Shown piece after piece: positions 49,724 through 59,208 of a stretch of DNA of 64,000 nt (position 1 is its first letter; each line of letters starts with the position of its first letter). The stretch is from an uncultured Acidobacteriota bacterium (GTDB taxonomy: Bacteria; Acidobacteriota; Thermoanaerobaculia; Multivoradales; JAHEKO01). The stretch spans positions 96,001 to 160,000 of the forward strand of contig CAVQNG010000004.1 of NCBI GenBank assembly GCA_963713825.1, written 5' to 3'. Under the pieces are notes generated by a model. It made no database searches and was not told the origin of the DNA. It worked only from the letters and a program-made list of their open reading frames with translations. The position numbers and the translations under genes are program-made.

Positions 49724-51087
49724 CGACCTCCCAACCTTCCATTCGTCTCTTTGGAACGGATGGCATCCGCGCACCTTTCGGTACCTTCCCACTGGACGAG
49801 CAGACCGTCTGCCGTATCGGCTACCACTTGGGACTGATGCTCCAAGAGGAGACTCCGAGCCCCATGGTGATTCTGGGCGGCGATACCAGGCAGAGCACCG
49901 AGACGATTTGTGGCTGGATGGCGGCAGGCCTACACCACGCAGGTGCTCAGACTCTCTATGGGGGCACACTGCCAACGCCTGCGATCGCTTTCCTCGTCCA
50001 CCAACGGGAGGCAGCCGCCGGAGTGGCCATCTCTGCCAGCCACAATCTGCTGCCCGACAACGGCATCAAGTTGTTCGACCACCTGGGCTTCAAGTGGCAG
50101 GTACCGGCGGAGGAAGCCCTCGAAGAGCGCCTCTTCAACCACCCAGACCAGATCGAAGACCCGCCGGCAGAGAAACTGAACCTCGACCCTTCTCTCGCAG
50201 AGGAGTACCGCGAGGCTCTCGAACAGTCATCGACCGACAAGTCAGCCTCCCTCGAGGGGCTGAAGTTCGTGATCGATGCCGCCAACGGCGCAGCGTCTCC
50301 CTTCGCCGCCCAGGTGTTTCGAGATCTGGGCGCGGAAGTCGTATCGCTTCACGACCAGCCCAATGGTCGCAATATCAATCGCGATTGCGGCTCCACCCAT
50401 CCAGAGGACATGGCCCGAGCCGTCCTCGAAACGGCAGCCGACCTTGGCATCGCATTCGATGGGGACGCAGACCGTGCCCTCTTTGCGGATGAGCAGGGCG
50501 TGGTGCGAGATGGCGACGCCGCGCTGTTCCTCTGGGCTCGCTATCTGAAGGATTCGGCACGGCTGGAACCGCCAAAGATCGTCGCTACAAGCATGTCCAA
50601 CCTGGGTCTCGAACGGGCCCTCGATGGCGAGTCCATCGAGCTGGTGCGATGCGGCGTCGGCGATCGAACGGTCGTCAATACGATGCTGGAAGCCGGAATC
50701 TCCCTTGGAGGAGAGCAATCGGGGCACATCGTCGACTTGACACAAGGCACCACCGGCGACGGCCTCGCCACGGCCCTTCAAATTGCCAAGATACTCAAAG
50801 TCGAGGCCAGGCCCCTCTCCGAGCTGCTGGCCCCGTTCGTGCGGTTTCCCCAGGTCCTGATCAATGTGAGAGTCACCAGCAAGCCGCCGCTCGAGTCTCT
50901 ACCAAGCGTCGCTGCCGTCGCCAGAGATGTCGCTGTCCGACTTGGCAATCGGGGCCGCCTCGTCCTTCGGTACAGCGGTACCGAGCCCCTGGCCCGGGTG
51001 ATGATCGAAGGCGAGAACCAGCATGAAATCGACGAGTTGGCTGCCAGCCTGATCGATGCCATCCGAGAAGAAATCGGGGCCGAATAG
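49720..51087 (+). CDS. glmM: Phosphoglucosamine mutase
   Basis: FGTDGIR, SASHN, FDGDADR, GGEQSGH, RYSGTEP. Confidence 0.95.
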   Translation: MTTSQPSIRLFGTDGIRAPFGTFPLDEQTVCRIGYHLGLMLQEETPSPMVILGGDTRQSTETICGWMAAGLHHAGAQTLYGGTLPTPAIAFLVHQREAAAGVAISASHNLLPDNGIKLFDHLGFKWQVPAEEALEERLFNHPDQIEDPPAEKLNLDPSLAEEYREALEQSSTDKSASLEGLKFVIDAANGAASPFAAQVFRDLGAEVVSLHDQPNGRNINRDCGSTHPEDMARAVLETAADLGIAFDGDADRALFADEQGVVRDGDAALFLWARYLKDSARLEPPKIVATSMSNLGLERALDGESIELVRCGVGDRTVVNTMLEAGISLGGEQSGHIVDLTQGTTGDGLATALQIAKILKVEARPLSELLAPFVRFPQVLINVRVTSKPPLESLPSVAAVARDVAVRLGNRGRLVLRYSGTEPLARVMIEGENQHEIDELAASLIDAIREEIGAE

Positions 51088-51112
51088 ACAAGTCCAACCT
51101 GGAGAAGTCCTC

Positions 51113-51832
51113 ATGACCGATCTTTCCGTCAATGTCGACCACGTCGCGACACTCAGGCAGGCCCGCAAGGTCGGGTACCCAGACCCCGTCGAGGCAGCGA
51201 CCATTGCCGAGCGAGTGGGCGCCACTGGAATCACAATTCACCTGCGCAGCGATCGACGCCACATCCTGGAGAGCGATCTCGCCAACCTGCGCGAAACGGT
51301 CAAGGGCAAGTTGAATCTGGAGATGGCGACGACCGAGGAGATGACCACTATTGCGCTGCGCTACGGTCCGGACCAGGTCAGTCTGGTGCCGGAACGGCCC
51401 GAAGAGGTCACCACAGAGGGTGGGCTCGACCTGTTGTCGTCCGGCGAGCGCGTCGTAGCGGTGGCCAAGCAGCTCCAAGCGCAGGGCATCATCGTGTCGG
51501 TCTTCGTCGATCCGGAACCACGACAGATCGAGCATCTGCTGACCACGGCCACGGGCCTGGTCGAGGGCTTCGAGATCAACACGGACAGCTACACCAGGGC
51601 CAAGGGAGCAGCAGCCGAAGTCGAGCTGCAGAAGATCGCCCAGGTCACGGCCATGGGCGTCGAGGGTGGACTAAGGGTCTACGCAGGACACGGTCTGACG
51701 ACCGCGAATGTCGGTCCTGTCTCTTCGATGCCAGGCATCGAAGAGCTCAACATCGGTCACTCCATCGTGTCGCGTGCCGTGCTCGTGGGAATGGAAGAAG
51801 CGGTGCGTGAAATGCTCGTCGCCATGGGTTAG
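51113..51832 (+). CDS. pdxJ: Pyridoxine 5'-phosphate synthase
   Basis: VNVDHVATLRQAR, DRRHI, TTEGGLD, AGHGL, ELNIGHSI. Confidence 0.96.
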   Translation: MTDLSVNVDHVATLRQARKVGYPDPVEAATIAERVGATGITIHLRSDRRHILESDLANLRETVKGKLNLEMATTEEMTTIALRYGPDQVSLVPERPEEVTTEGGLDLLSSGERVVAVAKQLQAQGIIVSVFVDPEPRQIEHLLTTATGLVEGFEINTDSYTRAKGAAAEVELQKIAQVTAMGVEGGLRVYAGHGLTTANVGPVSSMPGIEELNIGHSIVSRAVLVGMEEAVREMLVAMG

Positions 51833-51862
51833 GCGCCCACGACTTCCAGCGCTGTCCGCAAT

Positions 51863-52078
51863 CTAGCGCTCGACTTCCATCGGTTCCTCGACAGTCTCTT
51901 CCGGCTCCTTGAAGATCAGAGCCGTCTCCTGGATGGGTAGCAGCACCCGATGTATGTTGTCCCCGAACCGGTACTGCAATATGTAGTAGCCGTTCTCGGA
52001 GATCTGATGCAGGGCTCCTTCGACTCCCTTGAGTCCAGCGAGCTCATTGTGAATCAATACCTGTATGGGAAGCTCCAT
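51863..52078 (-). CDS. Small acidic beta-rich hypothetical protein (71 aa)
   Basis: Starts 4 bp after the response-regulator stop, GGAGGG RBS, protein-like composition. Confidence 0.7.
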   Translation of the reverse strand: MELPIQVLIHNELAGLKGVEGALHQISENGYYILQYRFGDNIHRVLLPIQETALIFKEPEETVEEPMEVER

Positions 52079-52082
52079 CGCC

Positions 52083-53471
52083 CTATCCCTCCAATAGTCC
52101 CACGTCTCGATACTCTTTGATTTTGCGCTGCAGGGTTCGAAGGCCGATGCCTAGAATCTTGGCCGCCTCGGCTCGCCTGCCATTAGTCAGCTCGAGCGTT
52201 TCAAGGATTGCCAGGCGCTCGATCTCGGCCATGTCCCTGGGCTCTCCCACCACGTTTTGCACCGGCAGACTCGAGGTCGAAAAATGACCCAGCCGAAACT
52301 CGGGCGGCAGATCGGACACCTCGATTTCCTCGCCCTCGTGGAAGATCACCATCGACTCGATGAAGTTCTTGAACTCTCGGACATTGCCAGGCCAGGCGTG
52401 ACTCGACAGCAGCTCCAGCGCTTCGGCTGAAAGCCGCTTGGGAGGCTGGCCATGCTCCTCGCCGAATTGGGCCAGAAAGTGCTCGGCCAGCAGAGCCGTA
52501 TCCTCCAAGCGTTCCCTGAGAGGCGGTACGCGCAGAGTGACGACCTTCAAACGGTAATACAGGTCTTCCCTGAACCTGCCTTCCACCACCTCCTTCTCGA
52601 GATCCCTGTTGGTGGCGGCAAGGAGTCGAAAATCGACGTCGATCACCTCTCCCCCGCCGACCCGCATCACCTGTTTCTCCTCGAGCACCCTCAGCAGCTT
52701 GACCTGGAGCTCCGGGTAGAGCTCGCTGATCTCGTCGAGAAACAGGGTGCCGCGATGGGCCATTTCGAATTTGCCGATCTTGCGGGCCACGGCACCCGTG
52801 AAGGACCCCCTCTCGTGGCCGAAAAGCTCGCTCTCTAGAATGTCCGAGGGTATTGCCCCGCAGTTCAAGGCCAGGAATCGCTCCTCGCTGCGCGGACTCC
52901 CCTGGTGCAGGGCTTTCGCCACCAGCTCCTTCCCCGTTCCACTCTCGCCGGTGATCAAGACACTGGAGCGCGTCGGCGCCACCAGGCGCATCTGCTCGAA
53001 GAGTCGCTCCATCTGCGCTGACTTGGCGACAATGCTCTCGAAGCCATAGCGCTTGTCGAGCATCGTTCTGAGCGTCGTCACCTCTTCCTTGAGCTGGCGG
53101 TTCTCCAGGACATTCGTGACCCGCTTGCGAAGCTCGTAGAGATCGACCGGCTTGGTGAGGTAGTCATCCGCGCCGATCCGCATCGCCTCGACGGCCGACT
53201 CGATACTGCCGAAACCGGTCACGAGAATCACCCCGAAGTCCAGGTCCCGCCGGCGCACCTCGCTCAAAAAGGCGATGCCGTCGGTGCCGGGCATCCTGAG
53301 ATCGCAGACGGCAAGTGCCGCAGTCTCGTTCTCATCCAAGAACAACAGGGCCTTCGCGGCATCGTCGAACGTGCGAACCCGGAGACCGGCCTTCTCGAGC
53401 GCTATGGCCATGGACTCCCTGGATCCGGTCTCGTCGTCGATCACCAGCACGAGTGGGGTATCGCCCGTCAT
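52083..53471 (-). CDS. Sigma-54-dependent response regulator (NtrC/AtoC family)
   Basis: Receiver (IDDE, DLRMPG, KP), [36 protein letters not shown], Fis-type HTH. Confidence 0.95.
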   Translation of the reverse strand: MTGDTPLVLVIDDETGSRESMAIALEKAGLRVRTFDDAAKALLFLDENETAALAVCDLRMPGTDGIAFLSEVRRRDLDFGVILVTGFGSIESAVEAMRIGADDYLTKPVDLYELRKRVTNVLENRQLKEEVTTLRTMLDKRYGFESIVAKSAQMERLFEQMRLVAPTRSSVLITGESGTGKELVAKALHQGSPRSEERFLALNCGAIPSDILESELFGHERGSFTGAVARKIGKFEMAHRGTLFLDEISELYPELQVKLLRVLEEKQVMRVGGGEVIDVDFRLLAATNRDLEKEVVEGRFREDLYYRLKVVTLRVPPLRERLEDTALLAEHFLAQFGEEHGQPPKRLSAEALELLSSHAWPGNVREFKNFIESMVIFHEGEEIEVSDLPPEFRLGHFSTSSLPVQNVVGEPRDMAEIERLAILETLELTNGRRAEAAKILGIGLRTLQRKIKEYRDVGLLEG

Positions 53472-53566
53472 AGCGCCATTTTGGCATACCCACCCCATAG
53501 CCGCCAGTCCCACTCTCCTGCCCTGGAAAAGATCGTGCAGGATTCGCGTAAACTCTCCTCGGACCG

Positions 53567-55801
53567 ATGGTGACGAGATCTCAGCGCCGCTCTGCCCCAC
53601 CAGGAAGCTCAGAGACCGCCAACACCTCTGTGGACGGGATCGTCTCCCGAATCGTCTTCACCAGCGCAGCCAGCTCGTGGACGGTTCTGCGGCTTACCCT
53701 CTCCGACGGTAAGCGGACCACCTTCACGGCGGTAGGGCCGCTTTACGGAGTCCAGCCGGGGGAACGGCTCCGTCTCTCCGGCGCGTGGGAGGAGGACCGC
53801 AAGTTCGGCCGTCAGTTTCGTGTCACTTCGTATCTGGCTCTGCAGCCCGGCACGCTCGATGGAATCGAGCGCTATCTCGGCTCCGGTCTGATTTCGGGTA
53901 TCGGCAAGGTAATGGCAGGGCGGCTGGTGGCCCGTTTCGGTCTCGACACACTCGAGGTCGTTGAAAACGAGCCCTCGCGTCTCAGCGAGGTCGAAGGCAT
54001 CGGACCTGTCCGAGCCCAGCAGATTCGCAAGGCGTGGCGCCACCAACAGGGCCTACGCGACACGCTGGTCTTCCTGCAGTCGCAAGGAATGACCACGAGC
54101 CAAGCCCTGCGCATTCACAAACAGCTCGGAGAGACCGCTGTCGCTGCGGTCCGAGCCAATCCGTACCGACTCGCAGAAGAAGTGACGGGAATCGGCTTCA
54201 AGACTGCCGACCAGATCGCCGCCAGCCTGGGCATCACCGGCGACGCTCCTCAGAGGGTCGAAGCGGGAATCTTGTACGCCTTGGATCGTGCCGCAGACGC
54301 AGGGCATCTCTTCCTGCCCCGACCGCAGCTTCAGGAGGATGCGGGCAGCCTCCTCGACCTCGACGCCGATGGCGGGCCCATGGAGACGGCAGTCGCATCG
54401 CTGGTCGAGCGGAGAGAGATCGTCATCGAACCCTGGGTCTCCCGACAGATCGATGCGGTCTACCGAACCAGGCTACACGGGACGGAAGAGGGTGTTGCCA
54501 CCCGGGTCGAGGCCCTCCTTGCGAGCCCTTCCGTGAGTCGTCAGGTCGATACTCCGAAGGCTCTGGCCTGGCTGCAGGAGAACCAGCATCTAGAGCTGGC
54601 GCCGCAGCAGGTCGAGGCAGTCCGAAGCGCCCTCGACTCGAAGCTACTGATCGTCACGGGCGGCCCCGGCACAGGCAAGACGACCCTGGTGCGGGCCATT
54701 GTCCAGATTCTCACCAAGGCCAGACAGCGGGTACTCCTGGCCGCTCCCACCGGGCGCGCCGCGAATCGCTTGAGTGAAGCCACCCAAGCCCCCGCCAAGA
54801 CAATTCATCGATTGCTGGAGTTCGATCCGCGTCAAAGGCTCTTCCAGCGAGATCGGGACCGCCCGCTGGAGGCGGACTACATCATCGTCGACGAGGCCTC
54901 CATGCTCGACTGCCCCCTCGCCTATCATCTTCTCGACGCCGTCCCGGATGGGGCCAGGCTGGTGCTCGTGGGTGACGTCGACCAACTCCCGTCGGTCGGT
55001 CCGGGACGGGTTCTCGCCGACCTGATCGATTCCCGCCGCCCGGCGGTGGTGCGTCTGCAAACGGTCTTCCGTCAAGCAGCCCGGAGTCGCATCATCACCA
55101 ACGCTCACCTCGTTCGCCGTGGCGAGCTGCCCGACCTCGAATCCAGAAGCCGCACCGAGGACTTCTTCTTCATCGAGCGCCAGGAGCCCGAGGCAATTCT
55201 GGAGACCATCCTGCACCTGGTCACTCGTCGCATCCCAGACAGCTTCGGGTTCGACGCGCATCGCGACATCCAGGTCCTCGCTCCGATGCGGCGCGGCTTG
55301 ATCGGCACCGAGAATCTCAATCTCGAGCTCCAGCGACTTCTGAACCCACCCTCCAGCCAGGACTCCACTCCGCCCGGCCGTCTGCGACAGGGCGACCGTG
55401 TCATGCAGATCCGGAACAACTACGAGCTCGACGTCTTCAATGGCGACGTCGGAAGAGTGCTCCCAAAGGCAGAAGGCGACGAAGGCCTGAGAGTGGACTT
55501 CGGCCGTCGGACCGTCGACTACGAGCCGTCTGAAATCGACGAACTGGTACTGGCCTACGCTTGTTCCGTGCACAAGTCGCAAGGTAGCGAGTACCCCTGC
55601 GTGGTTCTTCCCATCCACACGCAGCACTACATGATGCTGCAGCGCAATCTGCTCTACACGGCAGTGACACGCGGCCGAAGTCTGGTCGTCCTGGTTGGTG
55701 ACCGCCGAGCGCTTGGGATCGCCATCCGCAACGATCGTCAACTCGACCGCTACAGCCGTCTGACGGAGCGCCTTGCGGACCCGCCCCCCTCCGGGGGTTG
55801 A
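53567..55801 (+). CDS. recD2: RecD2-type ATP-dependent helicase
   Basis: N-terminal OB/HhH, NPY, GGPGTGKT, APTGRAA, DEASM, GD.DQLPSV, HKSQGSE, YTAVTR. Confidence 0.93.
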   Translation: MVTRSQRRSAPPGSSETANTSVDGIVSRIVFTSAASSWTVLRLTLSDGKRTTFTAVGPLYGVQPGERLRLSGAWEEDRKFGRQFRVTSYLALQPGTLDGIERYLGSGLISGIGKVMAGRLVARFGLDTLEVVENEPSRLSEVEGIGPVRAQQIRKAWRHQQGLRDTLVFLQSQGMTTSQALRIHKQLGETAVAAVRANPYRLAEEVTGIGFKTADQIAASLGITGDAPQRVEAGILYALDRAADAGHLFLPRPQLQEDAGSLLDLDADGGPMETAVASLVERREIVIEPWVSRQIDAVYRTRLHGTEEGVATRVEALLASPSVSRQVDTPKALAWLQENQHLELAPQQVEAVRSALDSKLLIVTGGPGTGKTTLVRAIVQILTKARQRVLLAAPTGRAANRLSEATQAPAKTIHRLLEFDPRQRLFQRDRDRPLEADYIIVDEASMLDCPLAYHLLDAVPDGARLVLVGDVDQLPSVGPGRVLADLIDSRRPAVVRLQTVFRQAARSRIITNAHLVRRGELPDLESRSRTEDFFFIERQEPEAILETILHLVTRRIPDSFGFDAHRDIQVLAPMRRGLIGTENLNLELQRLLNPPSSQDSTPPGRLRQGDRVMQIRNNYELDVFNGDVGRVLPKAEGDEGLRVDFGRRTVDYEPSEIDELVLAYACSVHKSQGSEYPCVVLPIHTQHYMMLQRNLLYTAVTRGRSLVVLVGDRRALGIAIRNDRQLDRYSRLTERLADPPPSGG

Positions 55802-55902
55802 GGCGCCCGCTCGTTCCTCCCGGTCGATCCTTGAAGGCTTGGGGTTGAGGCGGCTGTCGCTTGCTCCAGCCGATCTCTGGGGCAATGGGGCCCCCTCGCA
55901 TT

Positions 55903-55962
55903 CCCCTAGGCCCTACGCCCCTAAGCCCCTATTTCCCATTGCTCCACTGCCTCAAGGCCTAG
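55903..55962. repeat. Degenerate 8-bp tandem array (CCCTAAGC-like; reverse complement of the 36761 array)
   Basis: cccctagg ccctacgc ccctaagc ccctattt cccattgc tccactgc ctcaaggc. Confidence 0.7.
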
Positions 55963-55971
55963 TAGGTGCCA

Positions 55972-56135
55972 GAGGTTTGTTCGGGTGGTTCGACAGGGGG
56001 CGCCTCGTCGAGCGCGGCGCAAGAGCCACGAAAGAGCTCGACAGATGAGGCGCGATGACGAGACGAGGTGGCGGCCCGTCCGTCGCAGTCTGAGTAGCCG
56101 CCGCCGTCCCCCGGCGGACCAGCCGAACGAACCTC
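55972..56135. other. 164-bp structured intergenic element with 21-bp imperfect terminal inverted repeats (MITE-like or ncRNA)
   Basis: gaggtttgttcgggtggttcg ... cggaccagccgaacgaacctc (18 of 21 identical to the reverse complement) enclosing two further stems. Confidence 0.55.
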
Positions 56136-56208
56136 CAGTAGACAACCGGATCAGGCAGATGAAGCAATGGCAGCGGTGCCGCGCCGCCGCTTCACTAATG
56201 GTTGGAGC

Positions 56209-56239
56209 AAGAAAGAAGGGCGGGACCGAAGTCCCGCCC
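56209..56239 (-). terminator. Intrinsic terminator of the sigma/anti-sigma/bactofilin operon
   Basis: Minus strand GGGCGGGAC-TTCG-GTCCCGCCC-TTCTTTCTT. Confidence 0.85.
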
Positions 56240-56266
56240 GTTGGTTAGTCGATTCTGCAGCGCTGC

Positions 56267-57895
56267 TCAGCTGAGAGGATCGCGATCGTCATCCGGGGCT
56301 TGAGGTGCATCGAGCTCGATGTCGATCACGCCGTTGGTGTCCGTCTCCGTGTAGGGATACTCGGGCTCGACCGGTTGAACTGGCTCGGCCACTGGAGGCG
56401 TTGGGATCACGGGTGCAGGAGGTGCGGCCTGTCCACCCCAGCCTTCGGCGGTACCGAAGCGGGTCAGCACGGCGGCACCGAAACCGACGGTCCAGGCCAC
56501 ATACTTCACCAATGCCCCGAAGATCGCAAACATCATCACGAAGAACCACAGCCAGCCGCCACCGAAATCAAGTAGGTCCGCGATCAGCGACCAGATAGCG
56601 ATCGCGGCGATACCCAGCACCAGGACCAGGTAGGGACTGGCCAAGGTCCAGCCGAATCGCTCCTCGAGAATCCGACCAAGCCGCATCGCGACGGCGCAGA
56701 ATCCCATCAACGCCAGGAGCAACAGTCCAATGATGGCGAACGGCAGCAGCAGTAACAGTGGAATCCCGATGATCGAGATCACCAGAACCAACAGCACCAC
56801 GATGAACAGAGGCAGGATCAGGATCTGCGACAACAGTCCTACCAGCCCGGATTTCCAGGGCTCCGTGGCCACCTTGCGCTCCATACGCTCCAGAGGCTTG
56901 CGACCGAGGAGCAGTACCAGGCAGGCAAACAGGAGAAATATGATCAGGGAGAAGCCTGTCCATGCGGCGCTCATGGCAACATCCATGGGGCCGAAGTGCC
57001 AGTCGTCGCTGTCACGCCACCCATCAGGGCGGAAGAAGGCACCACTACCGATTCTCCAGAATGGAAAGTCGGCGCCGAACGGCACTGAAACTCTTTGGCC
57101 GCCAACTTCCACATCACCGCTCTCTTCGACCGTGCCACCGACTGCCACCACATCACCCGACACATCGGCACCGTCTTCCAGATGAACACTGCCACCCACC
57201 GCGACGACATCTCCAGTCACTACGCCGGAGATGGTCGCGGAGCTTCCAATGGCGGCAGCGTCGCCCTTCACCTTGCCTCGGACAGTGAGCGGTGCGCCAA
57301 AGACAACCGCCTCGCGCGCCACCTCATCCTCTTCCACAGTGAGGCTGGTTCCGAAGACAACTTGCGTGTCCTTCTTCCTGAGCTTCTTCTCGAGAGCAGC
57401 GACGGTTTCTTCAACCTCCTCCGCCAACTCCTCCTCTGCCAACTCCTCTTCGTTAACAACGACCTCGGCGATCACTGCCACCTCGGAGGGCTCGGCGGCG
57501 AACAGACCTCGCAGCTGCGCCTCTTCCAGCTCGGAAAGCTGCAGCACCAGATTCGAGTCGGCCTCACCGAGGCTCTCCCGCAGTTGGCCGATCGCGACCA
57601 CTTCTCCGTCGGCAGCCAGCTCTCCGCGGCTGATCTCGATGGTCGAGACCGCGCTGTCGTCATCCAGAGCTTCGAGAAGAACGCCTCTGCTCAGCAGCTT
57701 CACATCGAAGCGCTCGAGGGTGTCCTCTCGAAGCTCGAAATCCTCCGGCTCCAGAACGACCTCGGCCGTGACCTCCACCTGTGCTCCGAGAGAGACACCT
57801 CCCAGGAAGATCAAGACCACAGCCAATGCACCCAACCATGCGCCTGGCCACTTCCAACCTGCGTTACCTTCAGATCGAACGAACATATCGAGCAC
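56267..57895 (-). CDS. Membrane protein with bactofilin-like beta-helix repeats
   Basis: Signal peptide, acidic linker, repeated G.V.GD.VA.GG.V motifs, about 6 TM helices, Pro-rich tail; start uncertain. Confidence 0.7.
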   Translation of the reverse strand: MLDMFVRSEGNAGWKWPGAWLGALAVVLIFLGGVSLGAQVEVTAEVVLEPEDFELREDTLERFDVKLLSRGVLLEALDDDSAVSTIEISRGELAADGEVVAIGQLRESLGEADSNLVLQLSELEEAQLRGLFAAEPSEVAVIAEVVVNEEELAEEELAEEVEETVAALEKKLRKKDTQVVFGTSLTVEEDEVAREAVVFGAPLTVRGKVKGDAAAIGSSATISGVVTGDVVAVGGSVHLEDGADVSGDVVAVGGTVEESGDVEVGGQRVSVPFGADFPFWRIGSGAFFRPDGWRDSDDWHFGPMDVAMSAAWTGFSLIIFLLFACLVLLLGRKPLERMERKVATEPWKSGLVGLLSQILILPLFIVVLLVLVISIIGIPLLLLLPFAIIGLLLLALMGFCAVAMRLGRILEERFGWTLASPYLVLVLGIAAIAIWSLIADLLDFGGGWLWFFVMMFAIFGALVKYVAWTVGFGAAVLTRFGTAEGWGGQAAPPAPVIPTPPVAEPVQPVEPEYPYTETDTNGVIDIELDAPQAPDDDRDPLS

Positions 57896-58415
57896 TCCTC
57901 TCGGAATCGATCAAGCCCTGCAAGAGGCGAAATGCGACGAGGCTCAACAGCACACTCACCGCCATGACGCCCAGAAACGTCGCCGACGAAAAGACCGACG
58001 ACAAGACTGCGCCCACTTCGGAGATGTCCCGCCAGTAGGCCAAGCCTGCACCCAGGCGCTGGAGGAAGGCCATCAGCCCTCCCACGAGCACTCCAACCAG
58101 CCGTGCGGGCTGAAGAAGGCCCAGTGTGGGTTGCAAGAGGCTTGGCACCAGGACAGCGGCAAGACCAGAAAGCAGCAGACTGACCGCCAGGGTGAAACGC
58201 CATGCCCAAGCAGGATCCTGCAGCCCTGTCCGTCCGGGCTCAGGGGCGATGCCGGCCGACACGAGGACCCTCTCGGCGAAGCCGAGTGGCACCGGCGCCT
58301 CGGGCAATCTCGTGATCACCTGCTGCAATGCCTGTTCAGAACCTTCGTCGGAGCCACTTTGCTCCTGCTCCAGCCAGTTCTGAACAGCGTTTTTGAGCGA
58401 TTGCTTCACCTTCAT
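57870..58415 (-). CDS. Putative membrane anti-sigma factor
   Basis: Follows the ECF sigma; LP...P.GFAERVL motif typical of anti-sigma linkers; TM helices; GAGGAG RBS. Confidence 0.6.
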   Translation of the reverse strand: MKVKQSLKNAVQNWLEQEQSGSDEGSEQALQQVITRLPEAPVPLGFAERVLVSAGIAPEPGRTGLQDPAWAWRFTLAVSLLLSGLAAVLVPSLLQPTLGLLQPARLVGVLVGGLMAFLQRLGAGLAYWRDISEVGAVLSSVFSSATFLGVMAVSVLLSLVAFRLLQGLIDSERSARYVRSI

Positions 58416-58432
58416 TCTCCTCTAATGCGCCC

Positions 58433-58458
58433 TACGGGCCCCTGCACCCATAAGTTTC
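58433..58458 (-). promoter_or_regulatory. Putative ECF-sigma promoter between the sigma and anti-sigma genes
   Basis: GAAAC-N17-CGTA. Confidence 0.5.
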
Positions 58459-58476
58459 GCTGATTTTCGAACCTTT

Positions 58477-59067
58477 TCATCGCTTTTTCGGCTCCCAGCC
58501 CCTGGCCGTCAAGAACCGGGCCATCGCCTTCCGAGCCCGAAACAGGTGGGTCTTGACCGTTCCCAGCGGGAGATCGGTCACTGCGGCGATTTCTTCGTAG
58601 GACAAGCCCTCGTGAAACCTCAACAGAACCACTTCCCGGTACTCGGGTCGCAGCCGCTCCAGCGAGGCTTCCAGGTCCTTCGCCAGGTCCTGTCTCTGCA
58701 GCGCTGAGTCGGGCGATTCGGCATCGCTGTCGGGGACGACGGCCAGAAGATCGGGCTCTCCGTCCGGGGTCTCCAAAGCGACCGTGTCCAGCTGCTTCCG
58801 GCGCAGATGGTCGATGGCGACGTTGTGGGCGATCTTGAACAGCCAACTCGAGAACTTGCGGGATTGATCGAATGTGCCGAGAGCCCTAAACGCCTTGACG
58901 AAGACCTCCTGGGCCAGATCTTCCGCTAGCATCCGATCCCTGACCATCCTCTGCAACAGCCCCCAAACCGGCCGCTGATAGCGCAGCACCAGCTGTCGAT
59001 GCGCCTCCTGAGAGCCGTCGAGCGCCTCCTGAATCAGCTCGGCATCCTGCGGCTTGCGCTCGGTCAA
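58477..59067 (-). CDS. ECF sigma factor (RpoE/SigW-like)
   Basis: AEDLAQEVFVKA, FSSWLFKIAHN..IDHLR, LSYEEIA..LGTVKTHLFRAR; TTG start assumed. Confidence 0.92.
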   Translation of the reverse strand: MTERKPQDAELIQEALDGSQEAHRQLVLRYQRPVWGLLQRMVRDRMLAEDLAQEVFVKAFRALGTFDQSRKFSSWLFKIAHNVAIDHLRRKQLDTVALETPDGEPDLLAVVPDSDAESPDSALQRQDLAKDLEASLERLRPEYREVVLLRFHEGLSYEEIAAVTDLPLGTVKTHLFRARKAMARFLTARGWEPKKR

Positions 59068-59208
59068 TGTGGAATCCTGTTTTCCGGCAGATCCGGTGGG
59101 CTCACAGCATTCTAGCCCGAGTTGCCGACCGCCACTCTCCTCTGCTCCGACATCGAATGCCCCTGCCTGCACCGAGTGCTGCTCAGCCCGATATACTCAC
59201 GCCGATTC

